Below, one piece after another: positions 58,887 to 64,000 of a DNA stretch of 64,000 bases. The notes under the pieces are model-generated. The model saw nothing but the letters and a program-made list of their open reading frames with translations. It ran no database searches and was not told the DNA's origin. This DNA comes from Amoebophrya sp. A120 (taxonomy: Eukaryota > Protista > Dinoflagellata). A program made the position numbers and the translations under genes. Positions within the stretch are counted from its first letter, which is position 1, and each line of letters starts with the position of its first letter. The stretch spans positions 2,934,587 through 2,998,586 of the forward strand of contig CAJINV010000010.1 in NCBI GenBank assembly GCA_905178155.1, given 5' to 3'.

Positions 58887-61800
58887 CTAAATCCACTCCG
58901 CTTCATACAGTTCCTCCAGATCTTCGTCATTCATCATGCTGTTTTTGCTGCGCAAATGACTCACTGACGGACTGCTGGTTTTACTACTTGTACCACCTTC
59001 CATACCGATCCCCCCACCGTCGAATCCCTCGCCGCTTTTCGACTTTGCCAACCTAGACTTCCATGCTAGCAGCCACTTGTTATTCGCGAAGAATCTGTTC
59101 CAGGACAGGCAGAAGCACAGCATTATCCCCTGACACGCTTCTTTCAATTCGATCGCCGGAACCAGAAAGAACGCAGAAACGACGGCGATGAGGCTGCAGA
59201 ACAGGAAAACAAATTCCGTGTCGTGGTACCCCTGCAGTGCTCCGTCCCTCGAAACCGCTGCACCGCTGCCTTCCGACGCAGGGGGATGCTCGCTGTTTTC
59301 TTCAGACATGTAGGAGCCGACGATTAGTGGGACAATTACCAACCCGGTGTTCTGCAGTGCGGTCGCTATTCCGTAAGCGATGCCTAAAATTGCTTCGGAG
59401 TTCGCCGAGGGAGACGTGGGTGAAGACCCACTTGCTCCCCGCGCTGATGGCGAGGTTGTCAAAATGTGTTGACCGTTACCGACATTTCCGTAGAAACTGC
59501 CAAAACTTCCACTGTTTTGCTCCATCACGATGGCGAAACTTGGCCAGAGCACCGCTGCAAAGAGAGTGTAGACGAGGATGAGGAGAATCGCTAACATTGT
59601 TTCGACGATGAATGTCGCAGAGAAGATCGCTTTGGGGAAGCAAGAGATCCACTCCGGAAGGAGCGACGGTAGTGCCCAGGGCGTAGTCGCAGTAGAAGAT
59701 TCGGGATCGTCGATGCTGCTGCCCCATCTCGAGTTGCTGGTGGTGCTGTTGGTCAAGACGTACAGGAACAGGTGCGTTCCGAACAGCAAGCACGCACAGA
59801 AAAACAAAATTGTCGTGTGTTGCCCCACGCGGTCCACAAATTGCCCGAATACTGGCGTGAGCAAGCCTGAGATATGCATTGCAAAAGTATCGTACTAGTA
59901 TAAATTGCATTACAAATGCAGTTAGCATTACAAGTGAAATTTGTAATGCGGATTTGCCTTAATAACGAGATTTGGAATGCATAAACGCAATCAGTACGAG
60001 TACGATACTTTTGCAATGCATATGAGATCAGAAACAGTAAGGCCACGTCCCGTCCGGCAGATGTGGCAGCGACGTTTTCGCTCTTCAAAAGAACTTGCTG
60101 TGATGGCGCTGCTGCGGCAGCTCTCCCTTCTCCTTCTACACGCGACGATCCAATATCTCCTTTGTCATCCCCACGTACTGTCTCCGTGCCAAACGACGTT
60201 CGCCAAGTCGTTGGCGGCGCAATGGCCCCGTGGTCTGCCTCGATGCTTGGCTGAGGCTGCTTTGATACAACCCGTTGCTCTACTTCCGCGAGGGCAGCTT
60301 CTGTTGTGCCTCCTCCTGTGGACGGCATGATCCCTGCTCCACCAGACGTTCCAGCTGCCTCCTCCAGAAGGGTCGTGACACGACCAGATTCTGAGTCCTG
60401 GTCGTGATTTATTCCATTTGCCTGTCCACCCATATTAGATGAAGCATCGGCTGCAGTGTGTGCACCATCCTGAAGCAGCGATGCAGCGCCTCCGATGAAA
60501 TTTTTCCCAGGTAGCTTGGAAACGCCAATGACACTCGCTATCACGGCTGCAGGCTCCGCTGACGATGAGTCCCGGTCTCGGTCGGCAGTGAAAGAGCCCG
60601 AAGATAGTCGCGCTGCAGCAGCCGTGCCGTCGGAACCTGACATTGTGCTGGCCGGCAAATGATCCATACGCGGTCCTCCGCTGTAGAAGAGCTGTAGAAA
60701 CAAGCCCGGCACCAGGTTGTTGAAACTGTAGATCGCACACGACATGCTGACGCAGATGCAGCACAGCAGCCAGTATTGTCTAGGGAAAAACCTCGCGACC
60801 TTGAGCGGATTTTGGTACGCAATTCCTCCTGAAGATCCCGGTCCTGCCTTGCCCCTCGCGCCGCCCTGTGTCGAAAGAGACTCTCGTGACCGACCAGGTC
60901 GGAGGGAATTATCCGTCTCGTCAAAATCATCATGTGGTATTTCATACTGGATCGCGTGTGCCACACTTCCCCTACCTACTCCCCGTCGCGCTGGCGAAGC
61001 ATTAGGCGACCGCAATGCGAAGATCGACGTCCCTTCCGTTCGGCACAGATCGATGCTCCTGTGGTTGTCACCTGCGTGTCCAGCTATCCTCTTATCCACG
61101 TGGCCACCTCCACTGCCATTCGTTCCTTTGTCATGCCACGCTCCAATTATGCCGAGCGAAGAAGCTCCACCTCCCGTCGCAGCCCGTGCAGCCACCGCAC
61201 CTACACCCGCAAGCACACTCCCACTCGCAAACACCGTTGCCGCATCTGAGTATCCAGCGATCAGCGGTCCGAAGTAGTAGACGCAGGAACTCCCAATCCT
61301 CGACACGCACGCCAAACAGGCGAGCGCAAATGCTCCTCCCCGACTGTATTTTGCGAAGGTTTCGACGATAAGGACGTTCCAGGCAACGTAGATGCACTCC
61401 CCGGAAATCCCGAATAAAAGCCTTCCGAATAGCATCACCATCCAGGAGCGCACGAAGCAGCCCAAGAAGATGACCACCGACGCCACAGCGCTCCAGGTCG
61501 AGAGGTAGCGGAGCGCGGCTTCCACACCGAATCGTTGGAGTAAAACTCCACTGCAAACAGGGAGAACGACGTTCGGAATGCTGTAGAGACTGTAGAGCAG
61601 GTTGAAGCAAACATCGAAGCTAGGTTGGTGGAAAAGAGCGTCAATCGCACCCGCCTCAGTTGTCGATCCTGGCGTTGCACTAGCTTGTTCTCCAGTCGCA
61701 CCATAGGAGCCGCTGTATGAGTCAGTCTGCAAGAAAATGAATGAGCTCGTGGGCAGCTGCGACGGCGATGTCTCTTGCGGCCCTTGCTGCGTCATCATCC

Positions 61801-61918
61801 ATTGTCGCAGCGCGACGTACAACCCGGTGGGACAGTCGTACACGTAGTTCTGGGCGAATAAGTTAAGACACGCTCCTGCCAACACGAACCACCGGTGGTG
61901 CTTCGAGGAGGAGGACAT
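58887..61918 (-). CDS. MFS transporter, MFSD1-like
   Basis: RWFVLAGACLNLFAQNYVYDCP, FNLLYSLYSIPNVVLP, GRLLFGISGE, GIAYGIATALQNTG. One introner (59873-60022) joins the two ORFs in frame. Confidence 0.85.
59873..60022. mobile_element. Introner family E (MFS gene)
   Basis: TATGCATTGCAAAAGTATCGTACT TIR; DR TGAGA/TGAGA. Confidence 0.93.
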
Positions 61919-62750
61919 GTTGGCGTTGTGCTACGTATCCTCTTGCATTCACATGTGTTCTTTACCGAAATGGGAGGCACAAATACATTTCTCAACCACG
62001 GAGCGACGCCTCGTTTTATTTTTAAAAAGGGAGCAACGCCTCGTGTTACTTCTAGGTTTAGAGTCTTGTTCTGCGGCAGAAAATCATGCAGTCGTGGCTC
62101 ACACGACACACACGATCAATCACAAAGACAAAATCAGAACCAGCACGGAGACCTTCGTACACGATGAACCGCAGCTGAAAATCAAGCACACAAGCTAGTG
62201 AAGATCGCACAATAACCTTGAAGATCGTAGAGCAGTTTGGTTCATGGTAGAAGGAAGAGTATCGAAGAAGATCATCTTTAGCTGCCTTTACTGCGAGAGA
62301 AGATGAAACCGAAACCGAAAATGTATACACAGTACCAAGGCCTGGAAGTTCTGTCTCAGGTAGGTCAGAAGTGGAACGCACGACACGTACTGAGTTTCGT
62401 CACAAAGTGCGCCCTACACAGTCTGGCTCTACTTTATTTTAACTTTTGCTCTACAACTAGACTTCTTTGTCTATGCTGCTTCTTTGAGCAAACAGTTTTT
62501 TCGCAACATACCGTCTCTTCTACATAACGTGGGTATCGAAATTCAAATTCTACAAGACCTCCCTCTCAACCACCTTTTCCAGGGGATGTTGAAATCAAGT
62601 TAAAGTTGACACAACCTACTTGTTAGATCAGAGCATCAGACAGAAGAGTATAAAACGGCAGACCGAGATTTTGAAGTGATACTATTTTCACGCTATTTCA
62701 AATGAGTTTTAATGTTGTCGTTTCAACTTCAAGTTGGTGATCTTTGACAC

Positions 62751-63407
<657 letters not shown>

Positions 63408-64000
63408 CTAGCAATCTCTCCAATTTTTGAACAAGAAAGCAATCGTGCGTTCTTCACGCTCGCTCCTAGGTCTGATATGGAATCATTATCATTAACTCTA
63501 GACTGCGCGGGCTGTAATTCTAATTCAAACCAATTTCAAACGAATTTCAAAATTCCAGCATTTTCATGCTGTGGCAACCCCGCGGGCCTCCGCGGTATGC
63601 GATTTTTCATTGCCTACAGACCCACAAACTTGACTACAGCGGGAATGCCAAAAGCCCGCCAAGGAGCTGCCGGGCCTACCGACGGGCTGCCCGCGGCCAT
63701 GAGTGTCGGGGTCCGCGCATCTGATGTGGCCTTTCCGCACGGGGCCCCACACTCGGAGCGGCGCCGGCCTTTGCAATATGTGCCAGTACTCGATCCGAGC
63801 GATTTATACTGGCGGAGCAAACCTCCCGCACGCAGGGGTGGCGCAGTCAAATAATGGGCGCCGGGCGCCTGGCTGCCATCCCGGTTTGGCAACCTCATAC
63901 AGGCACAGACACTGCGCCATGGGCAACAAGACACGGGGCGCCCACGCCCACCCCAGATCGGCACGGGCGATACGAATCGGGCAGGCGCGGCACCTCTCCC

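Noticed and set aside
3321-60022. CRISPR array, or group I/II introns, as an explanation for the repeats
   Set aside because: The repeats are paired inverted ends dispersed in eukaryotic exons. There is no regular repeat-spacer array, no cas genes and no recognisable ribozyme core or maturase.

Overview
Eukaryotic alveolate genomic DNA, most likely the parasitic dinoflagellate Amoebophrya (Syndiniales). This assignment is inferred from an alveolin gene, a co-oriented gene block and abundant non-canonical inverted-repeat introns. All recognisable genes are on the minus strand: two full-length copies and one fragment of a signal-peptide protein kinase in a tandem array, a TBC1D31/WDR67-like gene (possibly disrupted), an ADP/ATP carrier, an alveolin/IMC protein, an IMPACT-domain protein, a hypothetical gene, DGAT2/MOGAT, an MFSD1-like transporter and the last exon of beta-tubulin. 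The main system is a set of about 58 short (mostly 110-440 nt) introner elements in at least 8 sequence families. Nearly all have the form TAT[C/G]...[C/G]ATA with terminal inverted repeats (TIRs) and a 5-nt flanking direct repeat (DR), and they lack GT-AG ends. Manual splicing gives one rule: the intron starts at the TAT and ends exactly 5 nt after the ATA. A GCAT[G/C/T]ACA motif recurs in the introners and lies at branch-point distance in several canonical GT-AG introns. The window also shows nested, order-dependent introners, a predicted 1-nt exon and entirely different intron sets in the two kinase paralogues. Larger non-autonomous DNA transposons (one hAT-like) and inserts flanked by long direct repeats are also present. 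All coordinates were read by hand and no expression data were available.
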